From: Spirochaetaceae bacterium
GTDB taxonomy: Bacteria > Spirochaetota > Spirochaetia > DSM-2461
DNA length: 64,000 nt
NCBI GenBank assembly: GCA_965224705.1
Contig: OZ245056.1
Location: forward strand, 2,752,001-2,816,000
Direction: 5' to 3'
Shown: piece by piece, positions 19,926-31,300 of the stretch
Numbering within the stretch: the first letter of the stretch is position 1
Layout of the letters: the number at the start of each line of letters is the position of its first letter
Position numbers and translations under genes: made by a program
The notes under the pieces: model-generated
The model's database searches: none
What the model was told of the DNA's origin: nothing
Seen by the model: only the letters and a program-made list of their open reading frames with translations

Positions 19926-21404
19926 TTATTCTATCTCAAAACTGAATTCAACACCACAGCCAGGACAGGTGTTCATGTCCTGCGTAATCAGATGGCTGCA
20001 TTCCGGGCATCTCAATGTATCGTCTTCCTGCCCGTTATCATCGTTATCCGCTTCTTCTCCATCAACAAATGCTTCCTCGTCATTCTCGGATTCAGAGTCT
20101 TCAATAATTTCAACATTATCTTCAATGATTTTCTGAATATGTTCAACATCAGTTGGGGTGAGTCCCGTGAGGCCGTTTAATTCATCGGCCGTTAAATTGA
20201 TCAATGATTCAATTAATTCGATTCCATTTTCTTTAAGCAGGGAGACAAGGCGCTCAGGGATGTCCGGAAGCTCTCTTATCTGAACAATTTCCTCTCCATT
20301 CCCATCTATGCCGCTGAAAAGATCCGAAGCTGCTTTTGACATCTCTTGAAAGATATCCATATTCTGGAATTGCTCTTCAGTTTTTACATCGATATTCCAG
20401 TCAACCAGTCGATTGGCGAGTCGGACATTCAGGCCCTGTTTCCCAATGGCAAAAGACAGCTGCTGCTCCGGCACAATGGCCAGGGCCTGTCTTTTCGAGG
20501 CCTCAGTAATGATGACTTCCTGAACCTCTGCGGGACTCAGGGCGTTCCGGATGAATACAGATGGGTCGGTATCATATTTGAGAATATCAATTTTTTCACC
20601 TTCAAGTTCCCTTACAATGGCTTGAATCCGCACCCCCTTAAGACCAACACATGCCCCTACAGGATCAACATCATCCCTGGTAGAGTATACGGCAACCTTT
20701 GTCCGATAGCCTGGCTCACGGACAATTTTGAAGATTTCAACTGTTCCATCGTAGACTTCAGGGACTTCAAGCTCAAAGATTCGTTTAACAAACTCCCCAT
20801 GAGAACGCGATAGAATGATTTCCAGGCCTGCCGGTGTTTTCTTCACTTCAGCAATCATTGCCTTTATGCGATCTTCACTATGATATTCTTCCCGAGGTGA
20901 CTGAAAACGGCGCGGGAGTATACCCTCGGTTTTTCCAAGGTCAACATAGATTGTATTATTCTTCTCCCTCTGGAAATAGCCGATAATCATTTCACCCACT
21001 TTGTCCTTGAATTCAGAGTAGAGTGTGTCTTTTTGAATTTCCCTGAGGTTTTGCCAGGCTTTTTGCTTCGCACTCTGGACAGCACTCCTGTCGAAATCCT
21101 TTGGATCTATTTCAATGAGTAATTCATCGCCAATTTCGCAGTCTTCATTCAGATCCAGAGCATCTTTTAACTCTATTTCCGTAACAGGATCGTAAAGATC
21201 ATCATTTTCGACAATGTTTTTTCTTGCATAAATCGACACATCATCTCCAGATTCAGAAAAGCGGACAACGGCATTGTCTGATGTACCAAATTTTTTTTTG
21301 TATGCGGCCATAAGAAATACTTCTATCGTTTCAAAAACCAGGTCTTCCGTAATACCCCGGTCTGATTTCAGAAGTTTGATTGATTCAGAAAAATCACTGT
21401 CCAT
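19926..21404 (-). CDS. nusA: Transcription termination factor NusA with acidic tail and C-terminal CxxC-CxxC zinc ribbon
   Basis: REPGYRTKVAV, GACVG and AIGKQGLNVRLA motifs; CPEC...CPGC. Confidence 0.96.
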   Translation of the reverse strand: MDSDFSESIKLLKSDRGITEDLVFETIEVFLMAAYKKKFGTSDNAVVRFSESGDDVSIYARKNIVENDDLYDPVTEIELKDALDLNEDCEIGDELLIEIDPKDFDRSAVQSAKQKAWQNLREIQKDTLYSEFKDKVGEMIIGYFQREKNNTIYVDLGKTEGILPRRFQSPREEYHSEDRIKAMIAEVKKTPAGLEIILSRSHGEFVKRIFELEVPEVYDGTVEIFKIVREPGYRTKVAVYSTRDDVDPVGACVGLKGVRIQAIVRELEGEKIDILKYDTDPSVFIRNALSPAEVQEVIITEASKRQALAIVPEQQLSFAIGKQGLNVRLANRLVDWNIDVKTEEQFQNMDIFQEMSKAASDLFSGIDGNGEEIVQIRELPDIPERLVSLLKENGIELIESLINLTADELNGLTGLTPTDVEHIQKIIEDNVEIIEDSESENDEEAFVDGEEADNDDNGQEDDTLRCPECSHLITQDMNTCPGCGVEFSFEIE

Positions 21405-21421
21405 TGCCTGCTGACCTCCTT

Positions 21422-21856
21422 TCAGGTAAGCCTTCCCTTACGTATATCAACAAATCGCACCTTTTTCAAACCATTGATGGTATCCAGATCGACGGAAATA
21501 TCATCCGTACTTCTGATAATCCCCTGTTCCCATCTGTCACCGACAAGAATGCTGACACCAAGACCTTTGAAGATAGTGTACTCATGGACATTCTTGATCT
21601 TCCTTGATACTCCAGGCGAAGTAATCTCCAGAGTAAGATTCTCCCGGGGAAAAACAAGTTCAAACCGCGGCCGGAGAACTTTTTGTGCTTCAGCAAGATC
21701 GTCAAGAGTTATTCCTCCCTTTTTGTGGAGCACAATATTTACTTTGACTCCACCACGATGATGGCCAATACCCATCTCTACAAGAGCGAAATTCATACCT
21801 TCAACAAGATTGGCTGCTGCAGTTTCAAGGTCAGTTTCAGCCGTCTTTTCTTCCAT
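21422..21856 (-). CDS. rimP: Ribosome maturation factor RimP
   Basis: GITLDD and LEITSPG motifs; upstream of nusA. Confidence 0.9.
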   Translation of the reverse strand: MEEKTAETDLETAAANLVEGMNFALVEMGIGHHRGGVKVNIVLHKKGGITLDDLAEAQKVLRPRFELVFPRENLTLEITSPGVSRKIKNVHEYTIFKGLGVSILVGDRWEQGIIRSTDDISVDLDTINGLKKVRFVDIRKGRLT

Positions 21857-21871
21857 CTGTTACCCCTGGAT

Positions 21872-21957
21872 AAAAAAAGAGACCGCCAGGCGGACTCTTT
21901 ACACCAAATAAGACGCAACTCATATAGCATGTTAACAGTATTGTTCTGTGGAGTCAA
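21872..21957 (-). promoter_or_regulatory. rimP promoter (TTGACT-17-TAACAT) and terminator-like rimP leader hairpin
   Basis: Minus-strand AAAGAGTCCGCCTGGCGGTCTCTTTTTTT (21900-21872) lies between the promoter and the start codon. Confidence 0.65.
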
Positions 21958-22616
21958 GCCCTGCAGACAACCATGGCAAAGACATCGGCAGCTCCAGCGT
22001 TTTTAAGTACTGATGCGCATCTTGAAAGTGTCGAACCAGTTGTTGAAACATCATCAAGCAGGATGTAGGAACCATGAATTCGTCTGCTCTTTTTTACCCT
22101 GTAGTTCAATCTCATACCGGCCAGTCTCTCCTCTCTATTCAGGTCTTTCTGTGCCATTTTATCTTCTCTGCAGAGGATTTTCTGGACAGGAATCCCATGT
22201 TTTTCAAGCCTGTCAGCAATCAAATAAACAATGTAGCGGCCTTCATGATGGATTCTTCCATATCTTGGCGGCACTGGTACAACAGGAAGGTTACATCCAG
22301 ACAATGTCCACATATTGAAAAACTCAATGACCAGCCATTGGACCAGCCGAACGTCTCCGCCATACTTCAAAAGAGAAAGCCATTCACGCAATGGTCCCAT
22401 CCAGGGGCCAATACTGCTTAAACCATCAAGACTGGATTGTTCTGCAATCCGGCGGCAGTCAGGGCATGGGTTGTCGGCTCCTGCAAGATCGGCTGAACAT
22501 GAAGAACAATTTGAATTAAAAGAGTGTTTCATCATTCTACTGCAAGTTTGACAGGGCATAAATGCCGTCCTCGTAATACGCCCGCATATCGGACAGGTAT
22601 TTTCTGGTTTTATCAT
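21954..22616 (-). CDS. comF: ComF-family phosphoribosyltransferase-like protein with N-terminal zinc ribbons
   Basis: Four CxxC pairs, LKY, VPVP and LLDDVSTTGSTL motifs. Confidence 0.85.
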   Translation of the reverse strand: MIKPENTCPICGRITRTAFMPCQTCSRMMKHSFNSNCSSCSADLAGADNPCPDCRRIAEQSSLDGLSSIGPWMGPLREWLSLLKYGGDVRLVQWLVIEFFNMWTLSGCNLPVVPVPPRYGRIHHEGRYIVYLIADRLEKHGIPVQKILCREDKMAQKDLNREERLAGMRLNYRVKKSRRIHGSYILLDDVSTTGSTLSRCASVLKNAGAADVFAMVVCRA

Positions 22617-22672
22617 ATCTAAGATGACGTGATGTCATTGATTATCTCAGTAAAAAACAATGAAATTCTGCT

Positions 22673-25243
22673 CTAATGAGTTTCAAGTTCCATTTTCCAT
22701 CTGTTTATCTGTTGAAGAGCATCAAGCGGTGTCAATTCATTGATGTCGATATCCACCAGGGCATCAAGAACAAGATCCCGGGGATCGAATAGCATGGGGG
22801 TGTGATCCTTTCCAGACTGTGTCGTTTGAGTGTTTTCATTGAGCAGTAGTTCTCTGGCCCGTCTGACAACTTGCTCAGGGATTCCTGCCAGAGCTGCCGC
22901 ATGTATTCCATATGAAGATTTTGCCGCTCCCTGTACAAGTTGTTTTGGAAAAACTATTTTCCCCTTCGTTTCATGGACGGCCATCGATAGATTGACCAGC
23001 CGCTTATGAACAATAGCAGTCAATTCACGGTAATGAGTCGCAAACATTGTTCGTGGACATTGATACTCAAGAAGATACTCACATACGGCTTGAGCAATGG
23101 CCAGACCGTCATCGGTTCCTGTACCCCGCCCAACTTCATCCATAATAACCAGACTGCAGGACGTTGCATTTCTCAGGATATTGGCGGTTTCATTCATTTC
23201 AACAAGAAAAGTTGACTCACCTCTGGCAAGATTATCGGACGCTCCTACACGACAGAATATCCGATCGGCGATTCCAATGACAGCCGAGTCTGCAGGGACA
23301 AATGACCCGGCCTGTGCCATCAGAGTTATAAGCGCAACCTGTCTCAGTACAGTGGATTTCCCTGCCATATTGGGTCCAGTAACCATGGCAAATGAAATCC
23401 CCTCACCACTGAGCATAATACTGTTGGGAACAAAGTCTCCCTGAGGCAAATGCCGTTCCACGACAGGATGACGTCCTCCCTTTATATCAGTGATGATATC
23501 TTCCCTTATTTCCGGCCGTACATATCCATACTCAGTTGCAGCATGGGCATAAGATTGTACAAGGTCAATTTCCGCTGTCAGACGGGCAATTTCCAGAAGC
23601 ATTGGAATGCTTTTCTTAACTTCGTTTCTGATCTCAAGGAAGACTTCCCGCTCATGATTCACAAGTTTCTCATCAACACTCAGGATTTCTGTCTCAAGTT
23701 CTTCCAGACGCGGAGTTGAAAAACGGACAACCTGAGTCAATGATTGACGGCTGCGAAACCGTTCAGGGGCATTCTGGGCCTGATTCCTACTGACTTCAAT
23801 GAAATAGCCAAGTATGCGGTTGTATTTTACCTTGAGCGATGATAGACCAGTTGCAGATTTTTCTTCTGCCGTATAGTTGTCAAGATGACTCCTGCCGGCA
23901 TCCCGAAAGGATCTCAACCGGTCCACTTCTGAATTCCAGCCTTCTCTGATCAATCGACCTTCGGTGAGTAGTATGGAAGGATCATCCAGCAATGATGAAG
24001 AAAGCAATTGGGAAAGCCTTTCGCCCTCCTTGAATAGTGACGGCACTCTGGATTCATCAATGTTCCACAGATGCGGTTCAAGAATTTCGTTGATTTGCAG
24101 TACTTTCTTCAATGAATGACAAATAGCCATCAGATCTTTTGCATGAGCACGGTCCATGCTGGTTCTTGCGGCCAGCCGTTCAATGTCCTGAATACCGGAC
24201 AGAATTCTGCGCAATTGTGACAGAAGCATTTGATTTCTATAAATGCATTCAACCCTGTCATGAAATTTTTTGATGAAATCCGCATTGGGTGAAGGCTGCA
24301 GGAGCTTCCGGCGAAGCAATCTTGTACCTGTGGATGTTTTTGTATGATTCAAAACTTCCAGAAGAGTGTAATTCATTCCGCCATCCTGGAGGTTTTTAAC
24401 TATTTCAAGATTGCGGATAGTTGATTCATCAAGGCCGACATAATCATTCTCATCATAGCAGGTGATGGACGAGACATGGGGGAGTATGCTCTGATGATTG
24501 TCGGCAAGGTACTCAAGAATGGCACCGGCAACCAGCACCCGGGGATCGTTTTCTCTCATTCCAAAGGATTTAAGACTGATGGTGCCGAATTGAGTTTTCA
24601 GTCTTTTTTCAGCATCGGCAAGATCAAAACTCCAATCCGGTATACAATTGAGCAAGATACTGTCATCGATGAGAAAAGAAAAGTTTTCGGATTCCAATAA
24701 GCTTTGCTGAACAATCATTTCCCGGGGATTCGTTTTAGCTAACTCTCGGCGCAGGGAATCTTTCAGCAGCGGATGTTCAAGTTCTGTAGCTCGAAATTCT
24801 CCGGTGGAAAGATCGATACAGGCAAAGGCCGGTTGATTTTCAGGCCCTCCCAGAGCGGCAAGGTAGTTGTTGCTGTGTTCATTCAGATAGGCATCATCAA
24901 CAACAGTCCCTGGCGTAATAACTTCAACAACTTCCCTCCGAGCTAAACCTCTCCCATCCGGAGCAAGCTCAATCTGTTCACAGATGGCTATTTTCTTTCC
25001 CAGCCGCAGCAGACGAGCTATGTAATTACCAGCAGCATGATACGGGATTCCACACATTGGTATTCCCTGCCGCTGCGTAAGCGTCAGGTTGAGTAACCGG
25101 CTGATTTCAACTGCATCACTTCGAAACATTTCATAAAAATCGCCCATGCGAAAGAAAAGAACAGCATCACGATGTTGTGCTTTTTGCTCCTCGTATTGAC
25201 GGAGCATTGGAGTGGATTCCTGTTTCTTGGTTGATGCCGGCAC
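22673..25243 (-). CDS. mutS: DNA mismatch repair protein MutS
   Basis: TPMLRQY, GDFYEMF, TGPNMAGKST, STFLVEM and DEVGRGT motifs. Confidence 0.97.
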   Translation of the reverse strand: MPASTKKQESTPMLRQYEEQKAQHRDAVLFFRMGDFYEMFRSDAVEISRLLNLTLTQRQGIPMCGIPYHAAGNYIARLLRLGKKIAICEQIELAPDGRGLARREVVEVITPGTVVDDAYLNEHSNNYLAALGGPENQPAFACIDLSTGEFRATELEHPLLKDSLRRELAKTNPREMIVQQSLLESENFSFLIDDSILLNCIPDWSFDLADAEKRLKTQFGTISLKSFGMRENDPRVLVAGAILEYLADNHQSILPHVSSITCYDENDYVGLDESTIRNLEIVKNLQDGGMNYTLLEVLNHTKTSTGTRLLRRKLLQPSPNADFIKKFHDRVECIYRNQMLLSQLRRILSGIQDIERLAARTSMDRAHAKDLMAICHSLKKVLQINEILEPHLWNIDESRVPSLFKEGERLSQLLSSSLLDDPSILLTEGRLIREGWNSEVDRLRSFRDAGRSHLDNYTAEEKSATGLSSLKVKYNRILGYFIEVSRNQAQNAPERFRSRQSLTQVVRFSTPRLEELETEILSVDEKLVNHEREVFLEIRNEVKKSIPMLLEIARLTAEIDLVQSYAHAATEYGYVRPEIREDIITDIKGGRHPVVERHLPQGDFVPNSIMLSGEGISFAMVTGPNMAGKSTVLRQVALITLMAQAGSFVPADSAVIGIADRIFCRVGASDNLARGESTFLVEMNETANILRNATSCSLVIMDEVGRGTGTDDGLAIAQAVCEYLLEYQCPRTMFATHYRELTAIVHKRLVNLSMAVHETKGKIVFPKQLVQGAAKSSYGIHAAALAGIPEQVVRRARELLLNENTQTTQSGKDHTPMLFDPRDLVLDALVDIDINELTPLDALQQINRWKMELETH

Positions 25244-25246
25244 TTA

Positions 25247-25759
25247 TTATTCGGTACTGACCAGGCGATTCAAAACAAGATCTGTGATATCCGTTTCGTA
25301 ACTCCACCACAGGAGGTTGGGATCCGATCGTTTCATAACGACACTGAAGCCATTTGATTCTGCAACATATTTGATTTCCCTCAGTATTTCCTGGGCAAGT
25401 TCATGACTTGAACTCAGGTTGGCTGCAGCCTGTTGAATCTGATTGCCGCGTACACGGACATACTCCTGGTAGTATCGCTTTCTATCCGTAATACGACTGT
25501 CAAATTCAAGAACCAGCGAAGAATTCCCCTCGTCCTGAGCTGTCAGTTTTTTTTCTTCCAATTCCTGGATTTCCTGTTGAAGTTTTTTTACCTCATCAGC
25601 AAAAACCTCTTTCATTTCAACTATTTTTCTTGCCTCAGCTGAATCCGCATAAAATGCTGTTAATATGCGGGAATAATCCAGTACTGCGACCTTCGTGATC
25701 TGCTCTGCCCCAACAGCGGCAGAAATCAGTGCCAGAGTAATTAAGACTAATTGTTTCAT
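25247..25759 (-). CDS. skp: OmpH/Skp-family periplasmic chaperone
   Basis: Signal peptide, KVAVLD, coiled coil, DITDLVL; downstream of bamA. Confidence 0.85.
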   Translation of the reverse strand: MKQLVLITLALISAAVGAEQITKVAVLDYSRILTAFYADSAEARKIVEMKEVFADEVKKLQQEIQELEEKKLTAQDEGNSSLVLEFDSRITDRKRYYQEYVRVRGNQIQQAAANLSSSHELAQEILREIKYVAESNGFSVVMKRSDPNLLWWSYETDITDLVLNRLVSTE

Positions 25760-25877
25760 TTATAAACTCCTGATGGGCCTCTTTAACAAACTCGCTTTCG
25801 AAATCTGGTGATGAAATTCTCCATGGAACAGGAAAAGATTTCAAGCCGGAACTGGAAAGTATGCTTTCTGAAAGATT

Positions 25878-28376
25878 CTAATAAATATTCAGGTCGAAAG
25901 CTATTACAAGATCCAATCCTGCGTCTCTAAACTCATACCATTCATTCCCAACGTCATCCGGGTACCATGTAAACACGTTATCCTTCCATTGAAATCGTTT
26001 CACAAGGTAGATTCCAATAGGAAACTGGGGATTGGCAAATCTCAGGCCTGCACCCAGACTGAAACGCCAGTCATTGCCGCTCCAATTATTCAATGCACTG
26101 ATATCTCCAGTTGGATTCTTCCAGGCCCCTACAGCATCCAGAAAAATATCAAACGAGAGAATACTGGGAACAATTGGAAACTTCAGCTGTATGGTATTGT
26201 CCCAGAGGTACCTATAGTATTCCCCGGTACTTATGGGCCAACCTCGTGCAATGAACATTCCATCGACAAAAAAGCCATTTGTTTCGGCGATATTGCCGAC
26301 AGGATCCAGCCAGGGTTTGTAAACGATTGCACTGAAAGCAGATTCAATCGAAAACACACTTCTAAACCTACCATCCTTCTTGCCAACGGGGATATCAAAT
26401 AGAAGTAGATGCCAGTTAAATTGTGTTACTGATTTAATATAGTTGCGGCTTGACAGAGATTCAAGAACACCGGCGAATGTTATGGTTTCACTCAAAAGAA
26501 ATCCCTTCGTAGGATCAAACTGAAGATCACGTGTATCCCAGCTCAATCGAAGAAATACACTGTCACTGTATCGCCATGAGTCAAGGTTTTCCCTGATTAA
26601 ACTGTTATGAGGTGTGAATTTTTTTGTATCATAGATGACATACTCCCAGGCGAGTCTGAGACCTGTCGACAGTCCCAGGCGCCCCAGCCGGGTAAACCAT
26701 GTATATCCGGTACTTAAAGTTGAAGAAAGGAAATGCGAGTCATAGGCCATCTGGGAACTTGAGGGAACAAGACTGTCAGCAGATGCATACTCTTCCCATG
26801 AGATATAAGGATCGGGGACTCCATTGAGATCTCCATCCTGGTTGACTCTGCTCCTGTAGTTATGGCTGTAACTGAACTCAATCCCGCCCATCCAGTTGTT
26901 TCCAAGCATTCGCGGTTCAGTGAATTGCACGGAAATCCGTTGTGTTGCCGGTGAAACAGAGGCCTTGGCACCGACCACCTGTCCGCGGCCAAGGAAGTTT
27001 TTATCCTGCCACGAAAAGGTCCCGGCAACAGGAAATTCATTGCCGCCGGAAAATGACAGTCCGAAGGCAATGTTGGAGATCCTGGCTTCTTCAACATCAA
27101 TAACCAGATCCATCAAGCCATCCTGACTGCCAGGATATGGTGTCGGTGTTATCGCCGAAAAATACTGAAGATTATGAAGATTGAGAGTACCCTTGATGAT
27201 TTTTGTATTACTGAAAACTTCACCTTCTTCCAGTGGGAACTCCCTTCGGATAATATAGCTTTTCGTTGTTTTGTTTCCCCGAATAATTATATTCTCAATA
27301 TAGGCTCTGTCTCTCTCGATAATACTGACTTCATATGAAACTGTATTTGTCTCGAAATCCCGTTTATCTTTGTAGGTAAGGGTTGTGAAAATATATCCAT
27401 TATCCGCATATAGATCTCTGATTTTTTGATAGTCAACCTGGAAACGTGACAAACTGAAAGTCTCACCCTTTTTTTGCGTGATAAGTTCATCAAATTCTTC
27501 TTTCGTATAGATATTATTTCCTGAAAAGGTTATTCCCCCATATTTCCAGGGTTCACCTTCGTCAAGATAAATGGATATTATCATTTTGTTCATTTTGTCT
27601 TTTTCATCAAAGATGACACTCTTATCGACATCGATAATTTTAATATCAACAAGACCCTGATCTCCATAATGTCGTTCAATAGCCTTTATGTCTTCCTGAA
27701 GTTTTGTCTCAATGTAGAGACCCTTATTAAAGAACGACTGAATTTTTGTGGTCATCAGGTTACGCAATACATTGTCAGGGACATATTTATCGTTCCCAAT
27801 AAATCTGATTTCGCTAATCTTGGTTTGTGTACCTTCCACAATGTTGAAGGTAATCGTTGCCTGCTCCGCTTCTTCATCAACCTGAAATTCCGATGATATA
27901 CTCGCATCAGTGAAACCCTTCTCCAGGTAGAGAGATTTAATGGCCTGTTCGTCGATCTGCAATAAACCCGGGTTCAATAGATCTCCATCTTTCACCAGTA
28001 TGGCATCAGTAAGTTCTCCAGGCCGGATCTTTTTGTTTCCTGAGAAAACAATATCAACAATGAGAGGCTTTTCCTGAACTTCAAAAACTAAAATGACACT
28101 GCTGGGACCCTGGTTCCCTTCCATTACTTCAGGAACTATCAACTCAAAATAATCCAGGGCATAAAGTTTGCTTTGTATGTCCCAGGATAGTGAGTCTGAG
28201 TATTTTTGACCAAGATAGGGACGTATTAATCCAAAGAGTTCGTTCTTTGTAATACTCTTGAGTCCCTCAAAGCGGATATCAGCAACAGGTTTATCGATGA
28301 ACCATTCCTTTTCCTGAGGAAACAGAGAGCCAATCCCCACAAAAACAAGGACTGTCATAAGAGTCAAACGCTGCAT
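25878..28376 (-). CDS. bamA: Outer-membrane protein assembly factor BamA
   Basis: POTRA repeats (GNKKI, GNKTTKSYIIRRE), NFLGRGQ, WDTRD, ARGW; aromatic C-terminus. Confidence 0.92.
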   Translation of the reverse strand: MQRLTLMTVLVFVGIGSLFPQEKEWFIDKPVADIRFEGLKSITKNELFGLIRPYLGQKYSDSLSWDIQSKLYALDYFELIVPEVMEGNQGPSSVILVFEVQEKPLIVDIVFSGNKKIRPGELTDAILVKDGDLLNPGLLQIDEQAIKSLYLEKGFTDASISSEFQVDEEAEQATITFNIVEGTQTKISEIRFIGNDKYVPDNVLRNLMTTKIQSFFNKGLYIETKLQEDIKAIERHYGDQGLVDIKIIDVDKSVIFDEKDKMNKMIISIYLDEGEPWKYGGITFSGNNIYTKEEFDELITQKKGETFSLSRFQVDYQKIRDLYADNGYIFTTLTYKDKRDFETNTVSYEVSIIERDRAYIENIIIRGNKTTKSYIIRREFPLEEGEVFSNTKIIKGTLNLHNLQYFSAITPTPYPGSQDGLMDLVIDVEEARISNIAFGLSFSGGNEFPVAGTFSWQDKNFLGRGQVVGAKASVSPATQRISVQFTEPRMLGNNWMGGIEFSYSHNYRSRVNQDGDLNGVPDPYISWEEYASADSLVPSSSQMAYDSHFLSSTLSTGYTWFTRLGRLGLSTGLRLAWEYVIYDTKKFTPHNSLIRENLDSWRYSDSVFLRLSWDTRDLQFDPTKGFLLSETITFAGVLESLSSRNYIKSVTQFNWHLLLFDIPVGKKDGRFRSVFSIESAFSAIVYKPWLDPVGNIAETNGFFVDGMFIARGWPISTGEYYRYLWDNTIQLKFPIVPSILSFDIFLDAVGAWKNPTGDISALNNWSGNDWRFSLGAGLRFANPQFPIGIYLVKRFQWKDNVFTWYPDDVGNEWYEFRDAGLDLVIAFDLNIY

Positions 28377-28398
28377 AAAAGTTCCTTCAGTTTGTGCA

Positions 28399-31300
28399 CT
28401 AGTAGATAAACTGCCATTTTAATGAGATTGTATTATCGGCAATGAAATTCTGAGAAATTGCGGGATTCGGTGAGTAGGACCATTCAATATTGAAGAATGG
28501 AGTAACCATTTCCAATGAAACAGAAGTTTCGAATTCCAATCCTCCGAAGACTGAACTGAGACGCTGCCCCTCAAGATAACGAGCTGACACAACTCCAGAT
28601 GCAAATAACGCTTTTCCAATATACTTTCCTGCGTAAAGACTTGTGTTATCCAGATAGCGCCCGAAACCGGAAACTGATCTGGATTCAGCAGTTTCAGGGA
28701 CTATATTCAAACTATCGGCCAGAGTATTTCCTATTATATTGGTTTCTATTGAGACCATGTCCAGATTCAGGCCTTCCCTCAGCAGTACTTCAAATGGTTG
28801 TACAAGACCAACCTGTGCAAACATATCACCGGCAGCCAATAATACGGAACTCAATTCTGTTCCTCCGGTCCCGCTGTCCGGGGTAACAACCTGACCCAAT
28901 AAGGCAAGAATGTCAATATCAGACAGAACCGGCACTGTTTCAATTCTGGGATTGAAATCGGATTTTACGGGTGCATCATAGACCAATGCCACGGTTACTT
29001 CCTCATTCTCCTCATCATAAACCCGTGTTTCAGCTCTAAGCTGTATGGTCGGATCAAAATTCTTAAAGGCTTCATTGAAGACCATCGCTCCTTCAGTAAT
29101 CTGGAAATTACGATCGAAATAGTGGATAATTCCAGACTTGATGGGCAATGTCCCGGTGAGAGACAGTTTTCTTGGAGTATTGGTAAATGAAAAGAACAGG
29201 GTATGACCCTGTTCCGCTGTCGCCTGTACTATTTTCAACTGTTCATTTGGAAGATAGAATGTGCAGTTTTTTCCAGTTTGAATACGAAAATCAAGTGTAA
29301 CGGGTTTGGGGATTTTCCCCGGTTTTCGCTGTTTGACCGGAACACGCGGGGAATCAAGAGATGCCTCAAGGAATGGCATGGTTATATCACCCTCCAGGTG
29401 AAAGCCTCTGTAACTTCCTGTCATATGAATTTCTGCCGTTACGATTCCATCAAGGTAGACTCCCATCAGCGGATAGCTGACGGGCACCCCATCCCCTTTC
29501 CCAATTGATTGACAGCCATAGATCATGTCGATTTCACTGATTTTCCAATTCTCAAGAACCACATAGCCTTCACCATAGGCTATGCCATCTCCAACGGGAA
29601 CGACTGTTCTTTCAACGGTCATCCTGCTGCCGTCAAAGGTTACAAGAGTACTTGTTGGCTCAATATCCGCATAGGTATATGGAGTATCCACCTTGAGATC
29701 AACAGCCTGCATGGTTCCAAAAAGACTGGGTGATGCAACCGGACCCTGGATGTCAAGATTGCCCGTAACCAATCCACCCTGGAATATGACATGGTATTGA
29801 AGCAGTATTGGGTCTCTCATCATAGCGTAGTTGATGAGTATGGGATCCACTCCCAATTCCGGGAATTTCAAGTCAAGCTGACCATCATAAATTGTACCGC
29901 CGCCCCTTGCTATGATGGGCATCGGTGCCCCGGAAATAACATGGAGATTCCCATCAGCAAAAGAATAACTGAAATCAAGTATGTCTTTTTCCAGACTATT
30001 CACAGTTATGGATTCACTGTTTTTGCTGAACTGCAGTGTCAGTGGCGGAAGGTGGGGATTCTCATTCCACATTAATTCATGAGTAGCCAGAGTTCCTGAG
30101 AATCCGGTGTTTCCAAGGCCTGTAAGATTGAGGAGGGAAATACTCTTCTCAAAATTAAGCTCCAGCGCAAAACCGCTTGTGACAGGAACCTGATTGTAAG
30201 TGGCACTGAGTCCCATCGTTGTTCGTACAGACCCGGTATCCATGTTCACCAGCAACAAACCACGCTCCAGAGAAATTCCCTCATACAGGACGCTTAAACC
30301 GTGAACCTTCAGGTCATTTCTGTCCATATCTGCTTTGCCTTGAAAACTGAACGGAGTTGAGTTAAGAGACCCTTCCCGAGTCGATACATCGAGTGTCACA
30401 AGGGGATTATTCAAATTTCCGGTAAAACTGCATTGTAAATCAAGAAATCCCTGCAGATCCAGATTTCCAAACCGTTCCATTTTACCTGAAGCAATGTCCA
30501 GATCAACGGCCCAGTCATCATTGGAACGGCGAGCCGATATTGAATATGATTCACCATCATCTGATCCTGCTCTCAAGGAACCGGTAAAAAGATTGTTACG
30601 GCGGGAGTTATTAAAAGCAACTTCGCCGGCAAGAGAACCGACTGAATCCATAAAACTGACATCTGAAAAAACAATGGCTCCAGGCCTGACATTCCCCATG
30701 AATTCTACAGATGAGTTGATATCTTGTCCCTCCTGAATCAAAGTCAGTTGAGATCTGCTTATGGAAACTTCCCAGTTTTTACGCCCGACTATACCCCTTA
30801 GATTGAAATCAGCCGCGAGTCGGTTGTTCTTCAGGGGGATATTGATGTTTTCAGCCTTCACCGCCAGGGTTCGACCATTTTGTGTCACCGGGCCAAAAAC
30901 AGCTTCCAGTTCCGGGGAACCTGTTATTCTCACAGGACCTTTATGAACCCAACTTGCTTCTATGGGATAGAGTTCTTCCGCTATAATCAGACGCCCCTCG
31001 GCAAACCCGCCGTCCTCCGTCCTCTTTGCCAATCCCCGTCCTTCCACTGTATAGTCATTCCAGGATATCCGGACACCATCAAGTGACCATTGAAAGGGTG
31101 TAATTCTTCCCTGAACACTGACATGGTTCTGCTCATCTTTCTTACTCACAATGGATGCTTCATCAATGCTGAGTACCCATCCTTTGAGACTGGATTCCAA
31201 AAATCCATGAAAATTGAACAGAGAATCCCTGACTATTCCTGCACTGGAATAGTAGGAAGCATTCATGAGACTCAGAACATGACTTGCTTCAAATCCTTCA